This document shows positions 42,676 through 52,750 of a stretch of DNA of 64,000 nucleotides, one piece after another. The position numbers were made by a program, and so were the translations under genes. The stretch is from the NCBI GenBank assembly GCA_965203515.1, contig OZ241907.1, positions 2,272,001-2,336,000 on the forward strand. The letters are read 5' to 3'. Each line of letters starts with the position of its first letter. Position 1 is the first letter of the stretch. Source of the DNA: Spirochaetia bacterium. GTDB taxonomy: Bacteria; Spirochaetota; Spirochaetia; SZUA-6; Bin103. The notes under the pieces are model-generated. The model was not told the origin of the DNA, searched no databases, and was given only the letters and a program-made list of their open reading frames with translations.

Positions 42676-43712
42676 CGCGACGCGGCCGCGGCGATCGCGG
42701 ACACGGTCAGGAACTCCTCCGGGTTGCGGAGCTGCCCGCCGATGCTCACCTCATAGTGCACGTGGGGACCGGTCGACAGGCCGGTGCTTCCCATCAGACC
42801 GATGACCTGGCCCCGTTGCACCCGCTGTCCGGCTTCGACCAGCACGCGGTCCAGGTGCCCGTAACGGGTGACGAAGCCGTACCGGTGGCCGATCTCTATC
42901 ACGTTGCCGAGATTGTACCGCTCGTACGCGACCCGCTGTACCGTTCCGTTTCCCGCGGCCACCACTTCGGCGCCTCGGTGCATGGCGATGTCGATCCCGC
43001 GATGGATGTAGAACGCGCCCGTAAACGGATGCCGCTGCGGGCCGAACCGGAAGCTCACGTACCCGCCGCCGTCCCGTACCGGCCACAGCGTCGGCACGTC
43101 GATCAGCAACGCCCGTTGCGCCGCCACCGTATCGCTGAGCTCGGTCAGCGGCGTCATCGCCGCGTCCAGCGCCGCGCTGAGCTGCCGGAGGGCGGTCGCG
43201 CCCGCCGATTCGTCGTCCCCCGGCACGGTCGGCCGGCTCACGAAGGCGGCCAGGTCGCCGTCTCCGCCATGCCGCAACGCCGCGCCGGCGGTGACGTTCT
43301 CGGCGCTCAGCGTCCGCTGCAGGTGGTCGAGCAGCACGCGGAACTCCCGGATCGACCCTTGCAGGGCGATCGCCTCGTCTCCCACCGCCTCCAACGCCAG
43401 CTCGCTTGCCGTCAACGATCGGTTCGCCGCCGCCATCCGCTCATTGGTAACGGTGAAGTGGGTGGAGAGCGCCAGGAACGCGAAGATCACGACGATCAGC
43501 AGGGTGACGAGGAACAGCGACGTGAAGACCGAAAGCTGCAGGTGGTACGTCCGCCGCTCGCTGTGGGGGATGAGCATGACGGTGAACCGCTGATTTCCCG
43601 TGCGCGCCAGGGAGCGCACCGCGAGCCCGAAGCGCCGCGCCGCCGCCGATGCGCGGGCGCCGCGCGACGTCTCCGCCAAGGCGCCGCTGCGAGGACGAAA
43701 GCCTGATTGCAC
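42672..43712 (-). CDS. M23 family peptidase with N-terminal TM and coiled coil
   Basis: HRGIDI, TRYGHL, GSTGLSTGPHVHYE. Confidence 0.9.
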   Translation of the reverse strand: MQSGFRPRSGALAETSRGARASAAARRFGLAVRSLARTGNQRFTVMLIPHSERRTYHLQLSVFTSLFLVTLLIVVIFAFLALSTHFTVTNERMAAANRSLTASELALEAVGDEAIALQGSIREFRVLLDHLQRTLSAENVTAGAALRHGGDGDLAAFVSRPTVPGDDESAGATALRQLSAALDAAMTPLTELSDTVAAQRALLIDVPTLWPVRDGGGYVSFRFGPQRHPFTGAFYIHRGIDIAMHRGAEVVAAGNGTVQRVAYERYNLGNVIEIGHRYGFVTRYGHLDRVLVEAGQRVQRGQVIGLMGSTGLSTGPHVHYEVSIGGQLRNPEEFLTVSAIAAAASR

Positions 43713-43864
43713 AGTTACCTTATCTACGATGGTGGGCGGTCATGGCTCTCCGGCATCGTCTTGACCGGAAACCGCTTGACCGGACCGCGACCGCCACGGT
43801 AGCGTTCGGCCCGCTCTCCTGTCAAACCGCCGGGCTCGACTCCCACGCCGCCAAAGAAGCAACG

Positions 43865-44638
43865 ATGCAGCTCTTCGACACGCACGCCCATCTCGGTCTC
43901 ATCCACGACGACCCGATCGAACAGTTGCTGGCGGTGCAGGAAGCCAAGCACGCCGGCGTGCGGGCATTCGTCTGCATCTCGAACAACCTGGTCGACTTCG
44001 TCGACACCTACGAGCAGCTGAGCCAGGACCACTCGATCCACTACAGTGCTGGCATCTCGCCCTCCGAGGTGGATCGCCTGCCGAACGGCTGGGAGGCGCG
44101 GCTGGAGGATCTGGCCGGCTGCGAGCGAGTGGTAGCGATCGGCGAGACCGGACTCGACTACTATCGCAAGTACGGCGACCGCGACTCGCAGATCGACCTG
44201 TTCGTCCGCCAGCTCGAGATCGCCGAGCGGGTCGGGCTGCCGGTGGTGATCCACAACCGCGATGCGGGCTCCGACCTGCTGGCGGTGCTGCGCGACAAGT
44301 TGCCGGCGCGCGGCGGCGTACTGCACTGCTACTCGGAGGACCTGGAGTTCGCGAAGCGCGCGCTGGAGCTCGATCTGTTCATCTCGTTCGCCGGGAACGT
44401 CACCTATCGCAACGCTCGCAACCTGCAGGAGGCCGCGGCGGCCATCCCGCTGGAACGGATGCTCATCGAGACCGAAACGCCGTTCATGGTACCGGCATCC
44501 CGCCGCGGTGAACGCAACCGTCCCGCCTACCTGGAAGAGACCGCCCGCTTCGTCGCCGACCTGCGCGACCTGCCGGTCGAGACCTTCGCGGCCGCCGTGT
44601 TCGCCAACAGCCAGCGCTTCTTCGGCGTGAGCGGCTGA
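43865..44638 (+). CDS. tatD: TatD family nuclease
   Basis: FDTHAHL, AIGETGLDYY, VIHNRDA, VLHCYS, LIETETPF. Confidence 0.9.
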   Translation: MQLFDTHAHLGLIHDDPIEQLLAVQEAKHAGVRAFVCISNNLVDFVDTYEQLSQDHSIHYSAGISPSEVDRLPNGWEARLEDLAGCERVVAIGETGLDYYRKYGDRDSQIDLFVRQLEIAERVGLPVVIHNRDAGSDLLAVLRDKLPARGGVLHCYSEDLEFAKRALELDLFISFAGNVTYRNARNLQEAAAAIPLERMLIETETPFMVPASRRGERNRPAYLEETARFVADLRDLPVETFAAAVFANSQRFFGVSG

Positions 44639-44651
44639 GCCGGCGACGCGG

Positions 44652-45443
44652 TCACCCGCCTCCGGGCCCGCTGCGACCGGCCGGAGCGCGCGCGCGTGCC
44701 GCGCGGTAGAGCACGATGCCGGCTGCCACGGCCACGTTGAGCGAGCCGACGCTGCCGACGGTCTCGACCGTCACCAGCGCGTCGCAGCGCGCGCGAACGC
44801 CCCGGCGAATCCCGGACCCTTCCGACCCGACCACGACCACGCTGCGTTGGGCGAACCGGTACTCGTTCAGCGGCTGCCCGTCGAGGTCGGCGCCGACCAC
44901 CCAGAACCCGTGTCGCTGCAGCCGCGTGAGCGCGCGCGCCAGATTGGTAACCGTGACGATCGTCAGGTAGGCGGTCGCTCCGGCCGCCGCGCGAATCGCC
45001 GCCGGCGTGACCTGCGCAGCCCGATCCGCCTGCAGCACCACCAGATCGACGCCGAAGCCTTCGGCGGAGCGCAGGATCGCGCCGAGATTGGCCGCATCGG
45101 TGACTCCGTCGACGGCCAGGACCAGCGCGTCGCCGTCAGCCCTCGCGACGATCTCCTCCAGCTGCCGATCGCCCGATCGCGGCCGTCGATCGCGCACGCG
45201 CAGCAGCGCGCCGCGGTGACGCGACGGATCGGCGCGCCGACTCAGCTCCTCCTCCGACACCCGCCGTACCGGCACCCCGGACGCGGCCGCCAACGCCGCC
45301 AGCTTCCGATGGCGCGGCCCGGCGCGCGCCAGCAACAGCACGCTGCCGGGCGCCGCCGCCGAGATCAGCTCCTCGATCGCCCGAAAACCGTGCACGAAGA
45401 GATGGCGATCGCGATGCATGACGCCCCGCTCCGCGCCGCTCAT
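44652..45443 (-). CDS. rlmB: 23S rRNA (Gm2251) 2'-O-methyltransferase, SpoU family
   Basis: DGVTDAANLGAILRSA, VGSEGSG, SLNVAVAAG; start 45443 (ATGA overlap) or 45419. Confidence 0.85.
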   Translation of the reverse strand: MSGAERGVMHRDRHLFVHGFRAIEELISAAAPGSVLLLARAGPRHRKLAALAAASGVPVRRVSEEELSRRADPSRHRGALLRVRDRRPRSGDRQLEEIVARADGDALVLAVDGVTDAANLGAILRSAEGFGVDLVVLQADRAAQVTPAAIRAAAGATAYLTIVTVTNLARALTRLQRHGFWVVGADLDGQPLNEYRFAQRSVVVVGSEGSGIRRGVRARCDALVTVETVGSVGSLNVAVAAGIVLYRAARARAPAGRSGPGGG

Positions 45444-46303
45444 CCCTCTTTGCGGAACACCAGGATGTTCTGATGCACCATCGAGGGGATGTACGCGTAC
45501 TGGTAACCGTACGGATGCAGCGCCTTGGCTACGTCGTACCAGATGAGATTGGCCTTCCACACCAAGCCGGGAACGACGCCGAGGACGCCGGCCAACTCCG
45601 CGGACAGGCAATGGTACCGGCCCTGCAGGTACATGTCGCCGATGAACGTGGCGAGATAGCGGTCCCGCTCCAGCAACGCCGCCGCCTGGGTGAAGACCTG
45701 CTGCATGGCATCGAGCCAGGCCTGCTTGCTGGGGTAGCGGACGTCGCTGTGGGCGTGCAGCCGCGTGGGCCGCCGGGGCTCCGACGGCTGCCCGACCCGC
45801 TTGAACGCGCCCTTCGACCGCGGCGCGGTCTCCATCCGCCAGTACGGAACGTCGGTGAGCACGAACTGGAAGCGGCGGTCGCGCAGTGTGGGCAGTACTT
45901 CGCGGGCATCGCCCGCGCGGGTCTCCAGGCCGTTCAGCCCCTCCAGGTCGCACACGCGCCGATAGATATCGATCCAGCGCGGGTTGATCTCCACGCCGAC
46001 GGCGTTCCGGTCGGCCAGCTCCGCGCCGAGCAGCACCCCGCCCACGCCCATGAAGGGGTCGAGCACCGATTCCCCCGCCTTGGTGAACAGGCGGATCAGA
46101 TCGGCGCACAGCTCCGGCGGCTTCTGGCCGCCATGGGCTCGCCGGAGGTCGTGCCGGCGGTCGGTCGGATAGGGGCGGTTGATCACCGACCGGGTCCAGT
46201 ACAGCCATTCTTTGCCGGTGAGGTCGTTCAGGCGATTGCGATCGGAATAGAAGCCGCGCGATCGGCCGCCGGGTTCGAACAGCTCCCGCTTGCCTGCGCT
46301 CAT
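45440..46303 (-). CDS. DNA amino-methyltransferase-like protein (N4-C/N6-A)
   Basis: NRLNDLTGKEW, HGGQKPPEL, motif I VLDPFMGVGG, motif IV variant TDVPYW. Confidence 0.75.
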   Translation of the reverse strand: MSAGKRELFEPGGRSRGFYSDRNRLNDLTGKEWLYWTRSVINRPYPTDRRHDLRRAHGGQKPPELCADLIRLFTKAGESVLDPFMGVGGVLLGAELADRNAVGVEINPRWIDIYRRVCDLEGLNGLETRAGDAREVLPTLRDRRFQFVLTDVPYWRMETAPRSKGAFKRVGQPSEPRRPTRLHAHSDVRYPSKQAWLDAMQQVFTQAAALLERDRYLATFIGDMYLQGRYHCLSAELAGVLGVVPGLVWKANLIWYDVAKALHPYGYQYAYIPSMVHQNILVFRKEG

Positions 46304-47337
46304 CGCCGCGGGCCGATCATGACGAGATACTCGGTCACGGCTCTCCGCCGCGCCACGCCCGCACCGCGGCCGAACACGGGATAGGGACGGGCGAGCATGC
46401 GCACCGGCCCGCGGCGGCGCGCGAGGGCGGCCAGATCGGCGATCGGCACGATGCCTTCCGAGCTGTAGGAGACGGCGATCCAGCGCGCCCGCACGGCATC
46501 GAGCAGCGCGGCAATCGCCTTGGCCGCGCCGCGGCGGGTGCTGAAGGGGCTCTTCAGGTGGCCGCGTGGAAACTTCAGGGTCTTGCCGGACAGCGCCGGC
46601 TGCTGCCAACGCGCGATGTTCTCCAGGACGTGGTAGTTGTCGACGTACTGTCGCGTGGTGTAGGGCGGGTCGAGGTAGGCGAACTGGGCGTCGATGCGCG
46701 GGGCCAGGTCGAGCAGGTCACCGGTCAGCACCCGCGCCCCCGGCGCTTCGATCGTGCGGAGCGGCGTGAGGCGGAGCGGCTCGTAGACTCTCGAGTCGAC
46801 CAGATGACGTCCCGCCTCGACCGGCCGCCTGCCCAGGTGCTTCAGATACGCGTCGTATTGCCCGACCGTATTGGCAGCCCGGTCGCATGCCAGCAGGAGG
46901 CTGGCTAGGAGCGCCGAGCGCTCGGCCGGATCGATCCGTCCCGCGTCCAGCAGCAGATCGACCTGTGGTCGAATCGCGTCGATGCGCATGCAGTTGTCCC
47001 TCGTGAAGTAGGTGCCGGCGTACCAGCAGGTCGCATAGCCGGACCGCCCGGGCATCGCGTTGAGGTGACGCCGCGCCCGGCGCAGCCGCGCCGGATCGGG
47101 GCCGGACAGCACGCCGTCGAGAATCAAGGTGTTCGAGCGCAGATTGTCGACGAAGGTCACGCGCCCGACGCCGCGGGACAGCATCTCCAGGCCGATAGCG
47201 CCGGTTCCGCAGAATCCGTCGATACAGGAGGTCGGCTTCCCGGCGACCGCGAAGATCGAATCGGCGACCCAGCGGGCCAGGCGTCGTTTGCAGCCCAGAA
47301 ACTTCCGGCTGGTGGCGCCCTGCGGAGTCTCCAGCAT
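46300..47337 (-). CDS. DNA adenine methyltransferase (alpha/D12 class)
   Basis: KFLGCKRRL, DGFCGTG, ANTVGQYDAYLK, YLDPPY, SYSSEG. Confidence 0.82.
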   Translation of the reverse strand: MLETPQGATSRKFLGCKRRLARWVADSIFAVAGKPTSCIDGFCGTGAIGLEMLSRGVGRVTFVDNLRSNTLILDGVLSGPDPARLRRARRHLNAMPGRSGYATCWYAGTYFTRDNCMRIDAIRPQVDLLLDAGRIDPAERSALLASLLLACDRAANTVGQYDAYLKHLGRRPVEAGRHLVDSRVYEPLRLTPLRTIEAPGARVLTGDLLDLAPRIDAQFAYLDPPYTTRQYVDNYHVLENIARWQQPALSGKTLKFPRGHLKSPFSTRRGAAKAIAALLDAVRARWIAVSYSSEGIVPIADLAALARRRGPVRMLARPYPVFGRGAGVARRRAVTEYLVMIGPRR

Positions 47338-47356
47338 CGCCGCCGGGCCGTGTCCG

Positions 47357-48610
47357 CTATGCCTCGGGCAGCTCGAGCGTGAACCGCGAGCCGCCCTCCA
47401 CCGCGTGCCACGTCAAGTCGCCGCCGGCGCGCTGGACGAGCCGCCTGGTCAGGTACAGCCCCACGCCGGTGCTGTCGTCTCCGGACGTACCCAACTCGAA
47501 CGCCGCGGCCGCCGTCCTGTCGTCCATGCCGCCGGCGTCGTCGACGACGTCGATCGCCACCGTGCCCGGCGCCCCGCGCCGCGAGCCGATGCGGATCGTG
47601 GTCGACGGGCCGTCCTTGCCGGCGTGGGCGGCGTTGAGGACCAGATTGGAGATGGCGATGGTCAGGTCGCTCGACCCGATCGCGACGCGGAGCCCGGGCT
47701 GCAGATCCTGCTGCACCGTCGCCCGTTGCGGGCGCACGGCGATCCGCATCGACTCGGCGACCGCCTGTACCACCTGCATCACGTCGGCGTCGGGGGAGTC
47801 GTCATCCTTCACCTCGCTGAGCAACCGTTCCAGATCCTGATGGGCGGCGCGGACATTGCGGCGGATGAGCTGCAGACTGCGCTGCGCGTCACCGTCCGAG
47901 CCGGACGCCGACCCCCAGTCGGCCGCCAAGCCGATTGCGGACAGCGCGTTCTTGACGCCATGGACGGCCCCGGCGGCCAGATGACCGACCGACACGAGTC
48001 GGTTCTGCGTCTGCAACAGCTCTTCGGCGTCCGCAAGCCCGTCCCGCGCACCGTCCACGTACCGAGGACGAAACGGCCCCGTATACAGGAGACTCGCCAC
48101 CGTCCCGGCCACCAGCAGCACCAGCTCACACCAGAGCCCGAGCGCGATCGGTGGCAGTCCCAGCGGCGCTGTCCAGCGTTCGTACAGCCCGCCCGCCACC
48201 GCCAGCGCGACTACCGACACGACGACGTTGCGCGCCCGCCGGCGCGCGGGGATGGCGCCCGACGCTAACAGTCGAAGCGGGCCGGCAGCCGCCGTTACGG
48301 CCGCGGTCAACGACGTCAGCGCGATCGCCGCCACCGTGCCCTGCAGGCCGAACGCCGCGATCAGGGCGTTCTGTACCACGAGCGAAAAGCAGATGGCATG
48401 CCATACGCGGGGCGAGACGCCTCGGTCGCGCACCGCCAACCAGGTGCCGGCCGACCAGATCACCGCCTGACCGCTCAGGATTTCCAGCACGGCGCCGTCC
48501 GGTATCAGCCGCCCGATCGCCCGCGCCGAGAGCGCGGCCAGCATCGCCACCTGCCAGAGACCGTTCCACGTGCCGCGGCGTTGCCAGGCGATCGCCAAGC
48601 CCAGCGGCAC
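47357..48610 (-). CDS. Membrane sensor histidine kinase (true start possibly near 48658)
   Basis: Multiple TMs; H-box AAGAVHGVKNAL, N-box NLVLNAAHA, DDAGGM, TGVGLY. Confidence 0.85.
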   Translation of the reverse strand: MPLGLAIAWQRRGTWNGLWQVAMLAALSARAIGRLIPDGAVLEILSGQAVIWSAGTWLAVRDRGVSPRVWHAICFSLVVQNALIAAFGLQGTVAAIALTSLTAAVTAAAGPLRLLASGAIPARRRARNVVVSVVALAVAGGLYERWTAPLGLPPIALGLWCELVLLVAGTVASLLYTGPFRPRYVDGARDGLADAEELLQTQNRLVSVGHLAAGAVHGVKNALSAIGLAADWGSASGSDGDAQRSLQLIRRNVRAAHQDLERLLSEVKDDDSPDADVMQVVQAVAESMRIAVRPQRATVQQDLQPGLRVAIGSSDLTIAISNLVLNAAHAGKDGPSTTIRIGSRRGAPGTVAIDVVDDAGGMDDRTAAAAFELGTSGDDSTGVGLYLTRRLVQRAGGDLTWHAVEGGSRFTLELPEA

Positions 48611-48664
48611 CGCCAGCGTGATGAGCGCGATCGCCCCGATCGTGGTGGGGTGTATCGTGGCCGG

Positions 48665-49792
48665 CTACTCCGCTTCCGCCAGCGGCACCGGCTCGGGGTC
48701 GGGCTCCTCGCCGATCACCTCGGCGACCTTGCCGAGCAGTTTCTTGGCACGAGCGGAGAGCCGGTCCGGGACCGTTACCGCAACCTTGATGTACAGATCG
48801 CCGCGCCGCGCCGGGTTGTCCAGGTGCGGGACTCCCTCGCCGCGCACGCGCAGCAGCTTGCCGGGCTGCGTTCCGGCCGGCACCTTGACCCGGATGCGGC
48901 GATCGTCGAGCGTGCGCACCAGGATCGAGGTCCCCAGCGCCGCCTGCGTGAACGCCAACGGAATCATGCAGTACAGATCGTCGCCGTGGCGCTCGTAGCA
49001 TGCGTGCGGCTCCACGTGCACGACCACGTACAGATCGCCGGCGGGCGCCCGGCCGATCCCGGCGTTGCCCTGTCCGGCGAGCTGGATGCGCTTGCCATGC
49101 TCCATGCCGACCGGAATGGTCACCCTGAGCCTTCGCTCCTTCTGCTCGCGGCCCGTGCCGCGGCACGCCCGGCACGGGTTCTCGATCACCTCGCCCTCGC
49201 CGCCGCATGACGGACAGGCGGTGGCGATCGAAAAGAACCCGGAGTTGCGGCGCACCTGGCCGGAACCGCCGCAGGTCGGACAGATGCTGCGGCCGGCGCT
49301 GCCTTCGGTGCCGCTGCCGTCGCAGCGGGAACATGCCTCCTGACGGCGATAGGCGATCTCCTGCTTGGTGCCGAACACCGCGCGTTCGAACGGTACGCGC
49401 AGGTCGTAGCGCAAGTCGTCGCCCCGGCCGGCGCCGCCGCGGCGACCGCCGCCGCGGCGGCGATCGGAGCGGGAGAAAAACGATTCGAAGATGCTGCCGA
49501 CACCGAATATATCTTCGAAATCGCGAAAGACGTGCGAAAAGTCGTGCGTCTGACCGCCGGCCATACCGTCCACGCCGGCGAACCCGAACTGGTCGTACGC
49601 CTGCCGCTTCTGTGGATTCGACAGCACGTCGTATGCCTCGGTAGCCTCCTTGAAGCGTTCCTCGGCACGACCGTCGCCGGCGTTGCGGTCCGGGTGATAG
49701 CGCACCGCCAACTTGCGGTACGCCTTCTTGATCTCGTCGATCTCTGCGGATCGATCTACCCCCAGGACCTCGTAGTAGTCGCGCTTGGCCAT
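48665..49792 (-). CDS. dnaJ: Chaperone DnaJ
   Basis: DYYEVLGV, HPD, G/F region, four CxxCxGxG motifs. Confidence 0.97.
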   Translation of the reverse strand: MAKRDYYEVLGVDRSAEIDEIKKAYRKLAVRYHPDRNAGDGRAEERFKEATEAYDVLSNPQKRQAYDQFGFAGVDGMAGGQTHDFSHVFRDFEDIFGVGSIFESFFSRSDRRRGGGRRGGAGRGDDLRYDLRVPFERAVFGTKQEIAYRRQEACSRCDGSGTEGSAGRSICPTCGGSGQVRRNSGFFSIATACPSCGGEGEVIENPCRACRGTGREQKERRLRVTIPVGMEHGKRIQLAGQGNAGIGRAPAGDLYVVVHVEPHACYERHGDDLYCMIPLAFTQAALGTSILVRTLDDRRIRVKVPAGTQPGKLLRVRGEGVPHLDNPARRGDLYIKVAVTVPDRLSARAKKLLGKVAEVIGEEPDPEPVPLAEAE

Positions 49793-49858
49793 CCCTGAGC
49801 TATCGCTTCCGCCTTGCAGTCTGTCGGATCATGCCACCGCGCGTCACTCCGACAGACC

Positions 49859-51829
49859 CTAACCGCGCTTCTCCTCGTCGTCGACCACTTCGTAGTCGGC
49901 GTCCTGAACCGAACCGGCGCCGGCTTTCCTGCCATTGGCTCCCTGATCGGCGCCGCTCTGCGCCTTGTCCCGGGAGCCTGCGGCCTGCTCGCCCCCCGGC
50001 GCATCGCCGGCTTCCGCGGATGCCTTCTGCTGCGCGTCGCGGTACACCTCTTCGGCGAGCTTCTGGGACGCCTGATTGAGCGCTTCGATCTTGGCCTTGA
50101 CCGCGGCGGTATCGTTGCCGTCGACGGCCTGCTTCAAGTCCGCGATCGCGGCGCTGATCTTCTCCTTGTCTTCCGCGCCGACCTTGTCACCGAAGTCGTT
50201 CAGCGACTTTTCGGTCGCATAGATCAGGCTGTCCGCCTCGTTCCTGGCCTCCGCCGCCTCTCGCGCGTTCTTGTCTTCATCCGCGTGCACCTCGGCGTCC
50301 TTGACCATGCGCTCGATCTCGTCCTCGGACAGGCCCGAAGAGGACTCGATGCGGATCTTCTGCTCCTTGCCGGTACCCAGGTCCTTCGCGGATACGTGGA
50401 CGATCCCGTTGGCGTCGATGTCGAAGGCGACCTCGATCTGCGGGACGCCGCGCGGCGCCGCCGGAATGTCGGCCAGATCGAATCGGCCGAGCGTGCGGTT
50501 CTGCGCAGCCATCTCCCGCTCGCCCTGCAGCACGTGGATGGAGACCGCCGTCTGGTTGTCGGCCGCCGTCGAGAATATCTGACTCTTGCGGGTCGGGATG
50601 GTCGTATTGCGCTCGATCAGCCGCGTGGAGACTTGGCCGAGCGTTTCGATGCCGAGCGACAGCGGGGTCACGTCCAGCAGCAGCACGTCCTTGACGTCGC
50701 CGCCCAGGATGCCGCCCTGGATCGCCGCGCCGACCGCCACCACCTCGTCGGGGTTGACGCCGCGGTTCGGGTCCTTGCCGAACAACTCGGCGACCAGCTG
50801 CTGCACCGCAGGAATGCGCGTCGAGCCGCCCACCAGGATCACCTGATCGATCTCATTGGCGCTGACGCCGGCGTCCTTGATCGCCTGCTCGCACGGGCGC
50901 CGCGTCTGCTGCACCAGATCATCGATCATCTGCTCGAACTTGGCGCGCGTCAGCGTATACTGCAGGTGCTTGGGGCCGGAGGAGTCGGCCGTGATGAACG
51001 GCAGATTGATCTCCGTGCTCTGCGTCCCCGACAACTCGATCTTGGCTTTCTCCGCCTGCTCCTTGAGGCGCTGCAACGCCATCCGGTCGTTCGACAGGTC
51101 GATGCCGTTGTCGTTCCTGAAGCGGGTGATCAGCCAGTCGATCACCCGCTGATCGAAGTTGTCGCCGCCCAGATGGGTATCGCCATTGGTCGACTTGACC
51201 TCGAACACGCCGTCGCCCAGCTCCAGGATGGAGATGTCGAAGGTGCCGCCGCCCAGGTCGTAGACCGCGATCTTCTCCTCGCTGCTGCCTTCCTTGTTGA
51301 GACCGTAGGCGAGCGCCGCAGCGGTCGGCTCGTTGACGATCCGCTTGACGTCGAGGCCGGCGATCCGGCCGGCGTCCTTGGTCGCCTGCCGCTGCGAATC
51401 GTTGAAGTAGGCCGGCACCGTGATCACCGCCTCGGTCACCGTCTCGCCAAGATAGCTCTCCGCCGTCTCCTTCATCTTCTGCAGCACGGCGGCGGAGATC
51501 TCCGGCGGCGAATACCGGTTGTCGTCGATATGGACCCGCACGTCGTTGCCGCTGTCGGTGACCCGGTACGGAACCATCTTGATCTCTTCCGGGACCTCGG
51601 TAAAGCGGCGGCCCATGAAGCGCTTGATCGAATAGACCGTCCGTTCCGGGTTGGTGACCATCTGGTTCTTCGCCGGCTGGCCGACCAGCCGCCCCTTGTC
51701 GGTGAACGCGACGATCGACGGCGTGGTGCGCTGCCCCTCCGAGTTCTGCACCACCGTCGGTTCGCCGCTCTCCATCACCGCGACGCAGGAATTGGTGGTC
51801 CCCAGGTCAATGCCGATGATCTTGCCCAT
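49859..51829 (-). CDS. dnaK: Chaperone DnaK (housekeeping copy, 656 aa)
   Basis: All canonical motifs incl. [22 protein letters not shown] and C-terminal DADYEVV; flanked by grpE and dnaJ. Confidence 0.98.
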   Translation of the reverse strand: MGKIIGIDLGTTNSCVAVMESGEPTVVQNSEGQRTTPSIVAFTDKGRLVGQPAKNQMVTNPERTVYSIKRFMGRRFTEVPEEIKMVPYRVTDSGNDVRVHIDDNRYSPPEISAAVLQKMKETAESYLGETVTEAVITVPAYFNDSQRQATKDAGRIAGLDVKRIVNEPTAAALAYGLNKEGSSEEKIAVYDLGGGTFDISILELGDGVFEVKSTNGDTHLGGDNFDQRVIDWLITRFRNDNGIDLSNDRMALQRLKEQAEKAKIELSGTQSTEINLPFITADSSGPKHLQYTLTRAKFEQMIDDLVQQTRRPCEQAIKDAGVSANEIDQVILVGGSTRIPAVQQLVAELFGKDPNRGVNPDEVVAVGAAIQGGILGGDVKDVLLLDVTPLSLGIETLGQVSTRLIERNTTIPTRKSQIFSTAADNQTAVSIHVLQGEREMAAQNRTLGRFDLADIPAAPRGVPQIEVAFDIDANGIVHVSAKDLGTGKEQKIRIESSSGLSEDEIERMVKDAEVHADEDKNAREAAEARNEADSLIYATEKSLNDFGDKVGAEDKEKISAAIADLKQAVDGNDTAAVKAKIEALNQASQKLAEEVYRDAQQKASAEAGDAPGGEQAAGSRDKAQSGADQGANGRKAGAGSVQDADYEVVDDEEKRG

Positions 51830-51830
51830 G

Positions 51831-52460
51831 TTACGTGCCTTCCTTTGTGTCGGCTGGCGCATCGCCCGGTGCGCACGCCGTATCTTCGTTCGAGCCGCTG
51901 AGCGGCTGTGCGACCTTCACCCGGGCGGGACGCACGACGCGGTCGTGCAGCAGGTAGCCGCTCTGATAGTCCTCCACCACGGTGGCGACCTCATGCGCGT
52001 CGGAATCCTCCGCGGCGATCGCCTGATGGCGCTCCGGATCGAACGTCTCTCCCTCCGAGGAGAAGCGGCAGAAGCCCCACTTGCGCTCCAGCAGGCCGGT
52101 GAGCTTCTTCTCTATCGACGACACGCCGTCGCGCAACGGAGCGACGTCGGCGTCCGCACTGGTCCGGACGGCGCGTTCCAGGTCGTCGATGACGTCGGCC
52201 ACGTCGAGCAGGAGGTCCTTGTTGGCGGCCCGGATCGCCTCATCCTTGCCGCGGCTCAGCCGTCTGCGGGAATTCTCGAATTCGGCCCGCTCGCGCAGGA
52301 GTCGATCCTGCAACGCGGCTACCTCCGCGGCCAGAGCACGCGTTTCGGCGCCGCCGTCCGCCGCGCCGTCGCCGACGTGCTCCCGGTCGGGAGGCGACTC
52401 ATCCGGCCCCGCGTCGTCGCGAGAGGTGGCGGCCGTCCAGCCCCGCCAGAGCTTACCCAT
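51831..52460 (-). CDS. grpE: Nucleotide exchange factor GrpE
   Basis: [39 protein letters not shown]. Confidence 0.94.
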   Translation of the reverse strand: MGKLWRGWTAATSRDDAGPDESPPDREHVGDGAADGGAETRALAAEVAALQDRLLRERAEFENSRRRLSRGKDEAIRAANKDLLLDVADVIDDLERAVRTSADADVAPLRDGVSSIEKKLTGLLERKWGFCRFSSEGETFDPERHQAIAAEDSDAHEVATVVEDYQSGYLLHDRVVRPARVKVAQPLSGSNEDTACAPGDAPADTKEGT

Positions 52461-52685
52461 GCCGTTCTTCCGCTTCGTCGGCCGCTCCGGCCGCTGCCGG
52501 CTCTCCGTCCCGGAGGGCCGCTCCCGCGTCCGCCGCGTCCTGCCCCGTCCTGTTTCCGCTTGTGCTCATGTCTGCCCGCCGACCCTGCAGCACTGCCGGC
52601 TCGCCCCCCGACAGCGTCGATCCGCGGTCGAAGCCGCAGGAGGATCCGCCGTCGCGGCGCCGAGTGCCGCCAAGTCGACGCCCCG

Positions 52686-52715
52686 AAGATAATAGCCTCC
52701 CGAAAGCGCGGTCAA
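52686..52715 (-). promoter_or_regulatory. Possible sigma70 promoter of grpE-dnaK-dnaJ
   Basis: Minus strand TTGACC followed 15-18 nt later by TATTATCTT. Confidence 0.5.
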
Positions 52716-52750
52716 CAACGCGCATGCGCCCACGGCACGCGCGTCGTCGC

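Noticed and set aside
43760..43784. Repeated cttgaccgga between the M23 gene and tatD
   Set aside because: Best explained as -35-like promoter sequence; too little evidence for a separate element.
49814..51901. 695-aa plus-strand ORF antisense to dnaK (also 12089-14170, 2736-4145, 53012-55555 and similar long ORFs)
   Set aside because: Shadow ORFs caused by GC-rich codon bias opposite real genes; no recognisable motifs.
52640..52680. CIRCE element upstream of grpE
   Set aside because: Only one GGCACTC half-site, with no matching half at 9-nt spacing.
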